A stretch of 64,000 bases of DNA from Takakia lepidozioides (Eukaryota > Plantae > Bryophyta): the NCBI GenBank assembly GCA_030704615.1, contig CM060731.1, forward strand, positions 24,118,001 to 24,182,000, read 5' to 3'. The stretch's first letter is position 1, and the number at the start of each line of letters is the position of its first letter. The translations under genes were made by a program, and so were the position numbers. The notes beneath the pieces are model-generated. The model saw only the letters and a list, made by a program, of their open reading frames with translations, searched no databases and was not told where the DNA came from. Shown one piece after another: positions 53,848 through 64,000 of the stretch.

Positions 53848-54343
53848 GGCCGCACATGGGGGTTAAGGAGCAAATATGGTGTACTACCCGCCAAATTTTC
53901 CGGCCACACATAGCGGAGTGGTTACTAACCCTGTCCGGGCCTGTCCGGCATGGTTAACCGGAGGCGACAGCCCAAAACGGGGGGGTAACTACTGTACGTT
54001 AGAGGTCCGTTTGGGAGAACCTTCGACGGATATCAGCGTTTTCGATTCCCGACATTTTTTTTCGTTCCCTCAAGGTTCTCGATTGGCGCGTTCTCCACAC
54101 AGCACTGCAGTGCATCCTGTATGTTCCCCTCATATGCACGAAAGGTTCTATTATGCGTTCCCAAGAAAAAGTGTGCGCCAAGGATGAACGCGCGAGCTTT
54201 TCGCAACGGCTCTATAGCCGGTAGGTGCGGCGTAACGTTAAAGGAGGTTGGGGGTCAACGCACTGCCGTTTTCCTGTAAACCCGCTCATCCAAAATGCCC
54301 TGTTACTAACCTCTTCGGCTCCTTAACCGGGCAGGTGCGGCCT
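53848..54343. mobile_element. Possible MITE-like relic with imperfect inverted ends
   Basis: AGGCCGCACATGGGGGTTAAGGAGC versus the reverse complement of GCTCCTTAACCGGGCAGGTGCGGCCT. No clear TSD. Confidence 0.4.
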
Positions 54344-55033
54344 GGCCATAAGTCGGTCAGACAAGTGTGTTACCCCCCGCTCTTTCCTTATTATTTATGT
54401 TATTTACGTTCCCTTAATTTCAGGAGCGGCGCCGGGCTCCAAAAGCGGATAAGGCGGCACCTGGAATATGCTATCTGGATCCGCAGTACGATCCGACGGA
54501 CTTCCCACCTCTGCTGGCACGTGGTGCCATGTTGGCTTCCCATTTTTCCCTCGCCACCTGGACGATCCGACACTCTGCCGCGTGGCCGTCCCGAATTCGC
54601 AATATCTACGGTCGGTGTGGATGTGGACGTCCGATGGATGACAGCTGCGATTAGGTCACCGCCAACTAATACTAGAAGGATGTACGAAAACTGTCCCGAT
54701 ATGTGCTTTCATCCATCAGGTCAACCACTACGTACAATGGCGGGCGGGGCATCCGGGTCACGTGCGGGGCCGTAATAGGGCCTCGCAATTGAATTAAATA
54801 TCAACTAATACATTTAAATAAATGTAAAACTAAGTATGCTCACAGGACGGCTTAAACAAGGCGTATTAAGGTATTAACGGGACGGAGGTATTAAGCCACA
54901 TCACTACGACATGTTGCACGAACAAGTAGTTGCCACGTGGTGAATACTGCGGATTTGGAGCGCTCTCATTGGCTGCTTCTCTCTTCTTGTTACTGTAAAG
55001 GCGGTAGATGGATGTCACGAGGCCCTACGTTAG

Positions 55034-55157
55034 GGGAGACGTGAACAAGAAAGGAGATCATCCACAGAGATCATCTAGGTCGACGAGGAAGGAAAGGGAG
55101 ACGTGAACGAGAAAGGAGATCATCCACAGAGATCATCCAGGTTGACGAGGAAGGAAA
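55034..55157. repeat. 62-bp tandem duplication in the promoter/5' region of the GPCAT gene
   Basis: GGGAGACGTGAAC(A/G)AGAAAGGAGATCATCCACAGAGATCATC(T/C)AGGT(C/T)GACGAGGAAGGAAA, two copies. Confidence 0.9.
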
Positions 55158-55638
55158 GCAAAACGGGTGGGAGAGGAGGGGGAGGAGAAGTCGCGTGAGG
55201 AAGACGGCCTGCAGGCTTGTCTGTCTGCGAGCAATCTTGACAGAGCTTGCGAGCTTCGAGCAGCGATCTGTTTGTTTGGCATGTTGTACAAGCAAATCTT
55301 TTTGTTAACAAACTGTTAGTGGTAGCTTACACCAAGTTGTCTCTCGATCACGCTAGTGTCGTAGCTTCGGAGCATCTGCTTGGCGTTGTCGCTTGCACAC
55401 TACCTGCAGCCGGTTGAGAAACTGCGTGTTTAGGAATGTATGCTTCTTTCTATACGGTACGGGGGTTTTGACGGCTTCCGGGGTATCTTGTGTGCTGCAA
55501 GCGCGCTTGAGCGTGAGGGATCCGTCTCCGGGTGTATCGTTAGAGATCGGAGTTAGTAGGGGCAGGGTCTGCGCGGTTGTTTTCCGGTGGTGAATTGGCG
55601 TCGGGAAGAGAACAGCGCGAGATGAGGTTGTCGGAACT

Positions 55639-58572
55639 ATGGAATCGCAAGGTGTAAGGATAGGTGCTTCAGTCGTCTAGTTTAGGTCAATCCGATCTGG
55701 GCTACTTTTCAGGGAAGAAGGCCGAAAAGAAGGGTGAACCAAGGCGACAGTGTACAGCTGGTGTATTGCAGATTCAGCAGCGTTTGGTGCCCCAGTCTGG
55801 TGTGGGGTGCTTGTCAGTGGCAGGTGATGACCTTAGAGAAGAAGGCTGAAATGAATGGTAGTGGCCAGTGGCATGAAAAAATAGGACAACACATGGGGCA
55901 GAGTGTTATCAGAAATCCCCCAAAGGTTTGTTGTCTCTCTACCTTCATGTTATGCCTAGTGCATGTTGTGGGGTGTCTTTAGTTGGATTCCCTTTTTTTT
56001 TCCGTTCTGATGGTGTTTCATGGAGTTGACTTCCACCTCTTGGTTGATCGAACAAGGCTATTGTAACATTCTTGCCCTGGTGGATTTTGCAGGTGGTGAT
56101 TCAGACGAAGAAAATGATCTCAAAGCAGGCTGGAAACATTGCCAAGCGTGCCGATGAGCACGAGGAATTTATTGCCAAGGTGGGTATCGCAAGGGGGGGT
56201 TTCTGTAAGTGTACAGTAGAGTTTTTGTTGCGATAGTGGTTCGCACGACTTTTTTATGCTCTTGGGATTCTCCTGCCAGTAGGTCGGTCCGAAGTCCTAA
56301 TCGTAAGATTTTTTGAACGTGCAGGTGACGTACAGCGTTGGAGTCGCCTGCTTTGGCATATTCTGCTTCTTATTAGGCTCAAGTAAGCGATGTTCTCTTC
56401 TTCAGAGCAGTTGTTTGGTTACTTCTTTACGATTTTGTTCTTGGACATTTTTTTTCGTTTTCTGAAAGAAGAACCACTTCTGGCATTTATCTAGATCAAT
56501 TGCCAGGTCTCTTATTTCGAGTTGGCAGCTAGGATCCGCAGGTCGGAATTAGTACCTGTTCCTGGGGGACATTTGTGCTAAGTTTTGTAGGTTTCTCCAC
56601 CCATCCATTCTGGGCAGTGATATGATATTAGCTCACTCTCGACTGATTTGATGGGTGGCTACCTGGGTCTGCAGGGCCGGACGATATTCCGTATCTGTAT
56701 TGTCTGTTCTTCATTACCGTGGCACCTCTGAGATGGATTTACTATCGGATCAAGAAATGGCACTACTATCTTCTGGTACTATTTTCGTCAGTGTTAATGG
56801 GGACAGTAGGTTGGGATGATTTATGAGAAGAGTGTTGTTGTCTCTTGAAGGGACCATTTTGCCCTCCTCTGACAATCAGAACTAAATTTCTGTTGGGAAC
56901 TCTAGGCATGAGGGTACATTTCACTCACTAGGGGAGGTAGACCAAGCCTTATATCTACCTTTAGTCTGTGGAGGGTTGGGTTGTGGCTGATTGTCAATGT
57001 GCTTTCCTACAAGAGTCTACCAGAGTACAGAAGCAAATTGTTGTTAAAGCGGGACACCATGCAATGTTATTGGGTATTACAATGTGGTCTGTTGGTGTGG
57101 CAGGACTTTTGCTACTATGCCAATGCAATATTTGTAATGATGCTCCTCTTCTTCCCAAACAATGACAAGCTGTTTCTAATATGCTTCTCTTTTTCTGAGG
57201 TCAGTGTACTGTCAAGCCAAAGTGCACTTTCCGTCGACCACTCTCTTTCATTACAATGACTTCACTGTGTTTGTCAACTCTAGACATGTTTTGCTTAATT
57301 TTTCCAACGTGTGGTGATGGTGCAGGGACCGCTTGCATGGGCACTGATTGTGTGGCGCTGTAGTCTTGTCTTCAGCTCCATTGACAAGATTGTCAGTGTT
57401 CTTATACATCTACTTCCAGGTGAGCAGGGCATTTCCTATCAATTTTAAACCTTTGTCTGTTGTCAGCTTGTGCTGCTCTTACTTGATCTAAATTTTTCCA
57501 TGGTCGTTTGCAGGAACGGTGTTTTTCATAATTCGATGGTGGGACCCAAGTACATTTTCCCATCATTCAGTAGACGAAACAGGACCTTGGCCTGCCTGGC
57601 CCTTACTAGAGAACAGTCAAGCACTGTGGACATGGTTGTTTGTCGTGCCTCTACTTGCATACAGTTTGTGGCAGATGCTGTACTTTCTTGTTGTGAATGT
57701 CCTGCGGCGGCAGCGATTGCTCAGGGACCCAGAGGTCATGACATCATACAGGTCTATCCATTACAAGGAGTCTTCCTTCGTTTGATATGTTTGATATGTG
57801 TGTGCTCTAGTAAGGGATGACACTAGTTGCGATATATGACTTGGGTAGCTACTTTTCGTTAAATCATTCTATAGACGATGCGATATTGTGGGGAAGGTGA
57901 GCATCAACTAACTGAACAGTCCTTTATACTATTAGGGAATTGTCTCGAAAGGCGTCACGTTCCAACAACTTCTGGTGGCGTCTAAGTGGAGTATTGGGAG
58001 ACAAAAACCGGGTCCTCATGTACGCGATTTTGCAAGCTATCTTCACTGTCCTCACCCTGGCCCTCACCGTTCCTATCTTCAAGTCATACCGTCTACATAT
58101 CATCTTCGAGTGCTTGAAAGTGGTGGCAGCTGTGTGGAATGGTGGAAACTTCTTCTTTGATGTGATGCCTCGGAAGATAGATGCCAAGAAGAAGAGGAAG
58201 TTTATTCCAACTGCTAACGGCACTGGGAAGGGACCTATTTCAGTAAATGGTACTGACATACCCGCAGCAATAAGCAATGGAGGAGTGGATCCTGAAGTTA
58301 GGTTTGAAGAGCCACACCCTGCAGTGAAACCAAAGTTGGAGGAGCAGCAAGTCTGCGCCATTTGCAGAAGAACAAGTTCATTGGACCTTTCTGATCTTGA
58401 TACATTCCAAGGGACTGGGGGGCAAGATACAGCCATTGAGGAATCTGGGCAACCTATGAAGAGTGTGGTGGATGTGCCTCGGTTAAGACTAAAAGCTTCA
58501 GGATGCAGTGGAGAATTGGATTCACCTCGGGCAACAATGGACCATTTCGATCGTGTGGCCTGTGCAAGTTAG
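55639..58572 (+). CDS. GPC1: Glycerophosphocholine acyltransferase (GPCAT, DUF2838 family), multi-exon
   Basis: [13 protein letters not shown]|VTYSVGV; [34 protein letters not shown]|DFCYYAN; SFSE|[31 protein letters not shown]; [15 protein letters not shown]|ELSRKA; [14 protein letters not shown]. The start is tentative (micro-exon MESQG at 55639-55653, otherwise the ATG at 55827). Confidence 0.92.
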
Positions 58573-60630
58573 CAATGAAAATTCTCATTTGGCGTAAGGG
58601 TAGGGTATTTTTGTGGGTTTGTTTCTGCATGCGTTTTGGTGGTACCCTTTGTGCGGGCAATCCGTGGCATCAATATATCACCAATGGTTCACATGGAGTT
58701 ATAAGCAAAAGTCGTGAACTTGATCAGCACGTCTGTAAATAGCTGCCCGGAGTGAAGGGTAACCTTGGCACCCATCAAGATTCATTTTTCATCCAAAACT
58801 TTCAAGCTTTATTTAGTAGGGCCATCCATGCAACAGGTGGCTGCCTGCCTCATCATGTGTTGAGCTGCATCTTACCAGGATTACATTTGTGATCCTTATC
58901 CATTTAGTTTGTTGGCAGATAGAATCTTGCATGCTAGTATTATGCAGGCCCGGCGCATTGCTCTATCATTCAAAGAGGTTATTAGGGTTGTCCATGCTCT
59001 AGAACTGTACAGTGTCAAAGCAAATAGTGAGAGATCATTTCATTTATATTGCATTTTTGTACACTATAGTATTAATTGAATTTCCTAATGCTTTGGGACC
59101 TTGTGGTGACCAGTTTGCCCCTCTGGACAAGCTATGACAAAGAGTCCTATGTCGGTGCTTTTGATTTGTCTTGCACTTTTCAAGATGGGGGTGGTCCTTC
59201 CAAGTGACTCTTTCCAGCGGGCTCCAGTTGGGTCATAAAGTGTTTTCTCTTATCTACGAATGATAGCCATGAGCATTGCCTGGGAAGGGCTACAGTGTGA
59301 TTGCTTCATCTGAAGAGCCCTCAACTCCCATTTGTACAAGTAGCTTGGAGGTCACTAATCACTACAGTTTTGCATACGTCCAGTGTTATGTCTTAGATTG
59401 TATGGCATATCAACCACTTTCAGTCTTGCTTTGTGGACACAGTCAAGCTTATCCACAAGTGGATGCTGACTATCATCCCAGGGCACTTCACAATGTTGAC
59501 ATCACAGACATAGTAGCACTAGAGTCTCATGCCCACTGCTTGGTTAACAGGAACCTATGGAGTCCTGTGCAATAGTGAGTTGAAAGGTCTTTTCCTGTGT
59601 TTAGGTTTCTGTGTCCTGCCCATGCCTGACAAAGCTTCTGCTGTACAACAAGAATCCCATTTTTCTAAGCTCAGGACGAAGAGTATGAGGAGGATGCAGA
59701 AAACTGTTTTCTACAAAATTAGGTAGAAAGTAGATATTGGATACTCACGTTCCACACTTCTGGTACAATTCCATCTATCCTATCTAAGAAGCTGGAGCTA
59801 TGCCATGTCTCTCCAACTACAGACACTAAAATCTCTCCAAAAGGACAATCAATCTTCAGTAGCATGCCTGTAACAGAGCTTTTTCATAAGATTGGGACTG
59901 AAGTACGTCAATGGTGTGTTTATGCTAGAGGGAATGCTAAATAGCAGGAAAGTTCCTAAGTTCTTAGGATCCATTGGCGATCCTTAGTCCAACTTTGCAT
60001 CAGCTGTCTAAGCCATAATGTATTATACTGCAGTTCACTGATATAACTCTGAAGGTGCTGATGACGCTACATAACCAGAGGTGGTTGGCTGTGGTTGGCT
60101 GAAGTACTAACTACCTCCTTCATCAGGAAATGCTGTATACAATCTGCCTTTCTGACAACAAACCACCAGCTAAAGAGCTCACATGATACTACCCTGAAAT
60201 ATTTCTTGATTTATTACAGCCTTGTGCGATGTATAGGTTAAAGTTGATGGACACTCTATTACACGGATGAGGAAGGCAACCGTGGCATTGATCACCTCAT
60301 TTGTATGTTGTAAGGTCTTTTGTGCACTCTGACATGGATGCATAACAAGTGATCACAGTGCTTGATTCGTCAGCGAATAGGAGCAACTTCAGGCCTTGCT
60401 GATGAAAGCTTTAGCAAATGACCTAATGTCCAACTTCAAGCATGCAAACCGAGCCCTAGAAGATCAATAAGAAGCAGGTTGCTGTGAGAAGAGGATACAA
60501 AATACAATAACTTATACTCAACTTAGAATGGACACTGCTGCTTGGAGTGCCTTCAACAATGATTAACAAAGACACATAGGATGATTGGATTGTAAATAAC
60601 CACAGCAATTGAACTAGGTGACAAAGCAGC

Positions 60631-62054
60631 TCAGAGCTTTGCAGGTTTGGGGAAGATGTCCGGGGTGAATTTCTGGGCTGCACTCATGCTGCCCCTGATC
60701 TTCAGTTTACCCCTGTACACACAGCACCACCAACAACAACACTTCAGTCCTGCAACTCTACTGTTAAAAATCCAATTGGTCGTCATTTGTCAGGAGGAAG
60801 ACTTCATGAATAGAAAGATCCAGGTCTTCCATTCATTCTCCACAAATCGTCTATTAGGAACATGGTAACATTTCCATACAGACATACAGAAGAACCCAAA
60901 CAGAACAGTCCAAGTTAAAACCCAAATGGTGCACAACATAGAGACTGCAGTCTTAACATTGAGCTATGAATGAGTCTTAGACCATCACTTTCATCCCTGA
61001 TGGCAGTGATACCACTACCCACCAACTTCATCAGCTCCCAACAGTGGATCTAGACCACATTAACCCTGCGCTCCATTTTCCAGTTTTTAGTTTCTGAATT
61101 CTGATGACTGATATCTACAAATGCACACAAGCACACACATTCAGTCCAACCTGGTATAACCTTCCAATAACCAATAAAATATGATATAACCTTCCACAAA
61201 CCCACAGAGCATGGAGGTAAGGGGCACACCTGATGAAGGCCATTTGAGGGTTGAGTTTTCCGGATGCGACTGCCATAAAATCATCGTCCACAAATGAAAA
61301 GGTGGCATCAGGCTTTCCCTCAAACTTCCCTGTAGCCACACATCACAACATGAGCCCTATGTTTTGAAGACGTCTGACAAAGAAATCAGATATGTTTGCA
61401 GTTCAAGAATACATAAGATCAACCAAAAAATGTGTTCCATTCTTCACAATGGACATAAATGCATGCATGCAACCATGGAGATGGAACATGACAGATTCAG
61501 ATCACTCAACAAAGCAAAGACTTGATCATAAATATACTTCTAGAAGTTTTACCTTTGGACACTTTCAAGTCCTTGAGATCCACAACAAAGGTCTCCTCAG
61601 CCACCCCCAGTTTCTGCCAAGCCATCAAGCATATTGCACAACCATCTTAATCACTTTCCATTATATCCAACAGTTAGTCTTAAACCCCATTTGGGCTGCA
61701 CGGAGACCATTTCCTTCTCTTCTTACCCTCGACAAAGAGAAAGCAAACAGTTACAACTTCCAGGAAACTCGACACCATGTCCTGAAGGCACAAACAGGCC
61801 ACCATAAGGCATCACCTGCACCCAAACAAGCATAACAACTACAAAATACGAAAACAACGCAGCTTCGCTTTCAGATTCACTGGCAACGATCGACACGGGA
61901 AGAGACAGACCTGAGGGGCGATGTTGATCTGGTACACAAACCCAATCTTCTTCTGCAGATCCTTTCCAGCGTCAGTGGCCAGGTGCGCCCTGACGAGCTC
62001 CATCAGCGTCGCCGACTTGAGCTTGGACCCCTCGCTCACATCCTCAGACCCCAT
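60631..62054 (-). CDS. SCP2: Sterol carrier protein 2, peroxisomal, 4 exons
   Basis: Exons 62054-61911, ~61613-61553, ~61330-61230 and ~60713-60631 give LKSATLMELVRAHLATDAGKDLQKKIGFVYQINIAPQ|KLGVAEETFVVDLK..|GKFEGKPDATFSFVDDDFMAVASGKLNPQMAFIR|GKLKIRGSMSAAQKFTPDIFPKPAKL*. The terminal AKL is a PTS1 signal. Confidence 0.96.
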
Positions 62055-62570
62055 TGCAACAACAGCTCCCACCTTTTCCCTCACCGTACTCAGAAGTGAA
62101 TCTGTGCATGCAATCTCCCAGGACCTCTCCTGTCCCCCACACCAAACCACAGCACTCTTGCACTGTGCACTCACCGTCACTCAGAACACATTTAAGTATT
62201 TGCATTCATTTGCTGCCTTTTAGTTCTCTGACTCGGCAGACTTGTGACCTTTTTCCCTACAAAAGTTCTCCATGGTCCTCCTTTCACAATTTAGGCCTAG
62301 TGAGGAAAAACTATATTCATGTAAGCTTCCGAATTTTATCACACTAGACTAGGTATTAAAAGAGTATATGAAATCTGCACTTGTATATGCATTTTCATGT
62401 AAGCTTATGCTGTAGAGGCTGATGCTTGCTCATTAGCTTCTTTGTTTAGATGTGAATCAAACTTACCTGCTACTATCTGGTACACAACGTGATCATATTT
62501 GGACAAATGCCCTGCCCAAACTGAAAATGCATATCTGATATTATTGAATCTTTTTGGACTGACCCGGAGA

Positions 62571-62650
62571 GTTGTAAAGTGAGCAAGTGTATCATTATCT
62601 AAGCCTACTGCAAATGTGTGGTGTGCCCAAGCAAAAATTCCAAGAACTCC
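62571..62650 (-). pseudogene. cox1: Short mitochondrial cox1-derived nuclear insertion (NUMT)
   Basis: Translates GVLGIFAWAHHTFAVGLDNDTLAHFT, against the conserved COX1 CuB-ligand segment [26 protein letters not shown]. The flanks are not cox1-like. Confidence 0.8.
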
Positions 62651-63499
62651 ACGCAAGCAGTACCAAAGCAAATGGCTTGTGAGGAACACAACCACAGGGC
62701 GAAACCATGCTTGCTCAACTCAAGACATAATGATTGCTCCAACTGTTAAACTAGTGAGAACCTCATTTTGAATTGCTGGAGTGCAGAATGCTGTCTGGCA
62801 GAATGCATTTCATTAGTGGTTGTTAATTGGGTTCCACAATGGACACAAGTCACCAGCACGTAGATTTGTTCTCTGATGATGAAATCTTATCTCTCCACTG
62901 TCTGCCTGTACTCTCATTGTACTTATCTCTAGAGGGTGCCAGCTTTTGTGCAATCTTAGTTCATGCTCAGTACCGGGTGGCTTGAGCACAACCTTCCTTT
63001 TTGGCTTTAAAACAAACATTAGACTTGGTAGTAGAAGTAGAGCCTTTCATTTGAAGATGGCAATCGTTCATGATCTCTTGTGGCGCTTGATTGAGTGGTG
63101 GTGTAATAACTTACATGTGATCTAAAGAACAGTCCTACATTTCAAGTCCAATGCAAATCTGAGATAAAATTGATTGTGCTGCTATTTATGTACCTCTTCC
63201 ATGTAACAGTGTAGTGAACTATCACAGGCCTTTTTACTGTCACTCACTTGGCTGCAGCTGAGGCCCACCTCAACAAAGCACCTGCAAACAAAGCTGTTGC
63301 ATGCTCAAATCGCTGTAACTTGCAGTACTAACCCAGATGGCAGAAAATAACTAAGCCTATTGCCAAAAGTTGGAACCCCACATATAAGTTTACCTGCCAA
63401 GCTGTAACAAACTTAAATGAAGCGTACAATACCACTGCAAATGACACTAACAGGTGTGGATAGGCATTGGGCTGGGATGTGGACGATTGAGCACCTGGG

Positions 63500-63770
63500 G
63501 GCTCACACCTCATTTCTGCCATCCCTTAGGAAGAGGCTTCTTTTCCATTATGTTTAGCTCCGTGGAGTTTGCCTCAAAAGCTCTTAAGTTCAATGTTAGG
63601 AAATCCAGATTTAGGGTGCACATTTTTCCTTGGTCAGCGGATTGGGGGCCCAAACTGGGTGTTACTTGTAAACCTAGGGTGATTGCGCTTCCTTACCTTC
63701 CGGGCAACTATTTGTGCTCTTTGCCTGAGATAGGGGCTCACTTTGGTGCTTACATTGGTTCCATGAATGT
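63500..63770 (+). pseudogene. LINE (L1-type) ORF1 fragment, DUF4283-like
   Basis: LGRGFFSIMFSS..ASKAL...IFPWSADWGP...IALPYLPGNYLCSLPEIGAHFGAYIG resembles the plant L1 ORF1 RRM/DUF4283 pattern. Confidence 0.55.
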
Positions 63771-64000
63771 CAATGACTTTGAAGATGCGGACCACTTAAG
63801 TATTGACTCTGATGGTCATTTGGACCCGACCTGGGATTCGGGGAAATGTTCCTCACGGCTTTTCCCTAGTAGCAATGCAAAGGGCTAGAAAAGGCTCCCC
63901 ACAGCGAAACAGATGGTTTAGGAATCTGGGTAAATATTCCTCACAGCTTTTCCCTAGTAAGCATGCAGAGGGGCAATAAAGGCTACCACATGGTTCATTT

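Overview
This is intron-rich nuclear DNA of a land plant, most likely a bryophyte (inferred from protein style, short GT-AG introns and TE types; not proven). Most entries in the six-frame ORF track are exon fragments, shadow ORFs or noise. Six host genes can be assembled by hand: NADP-malic enzyme (-, runs off the left edge), presequence protease PreP (+), a 118-aa secreted tyrosine-sulfated-peptide-type precursor (+), a plastid RsuA/RluB-type pseudouridine synthase (SVR1-like, +), glycerophosphocholine acyltransferase (+) and peroxisomal SCP2 (-). Positions 5.5-26.7 kb are a transposon block. It holds a complete but decayed 6.25-kb DD35D pogo/Fot1-like element, a LINE RT relic, a CENP-B/Tigger-like relic and a tRNA-derived SINE family. 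It also holds a three-level nest resolved to the base: a SINE, interrupted by an 8.7-kb hAT element (8-bp TSD), itself interrupted by a 6-kb transposase-less CACTA element (3-bp TSD). The CACTA cargo is a rearranged PLS-class PPR gene plus other captured fragments. The most interesting observations are (1) this PPR-carrying Pack-CACTA, (2) a peptide precursor joining a PSK-like pro-region to a PSY-like DY peptide, and (3) a small cox1 NUMT that appears to keep unedited C-to-U sites.
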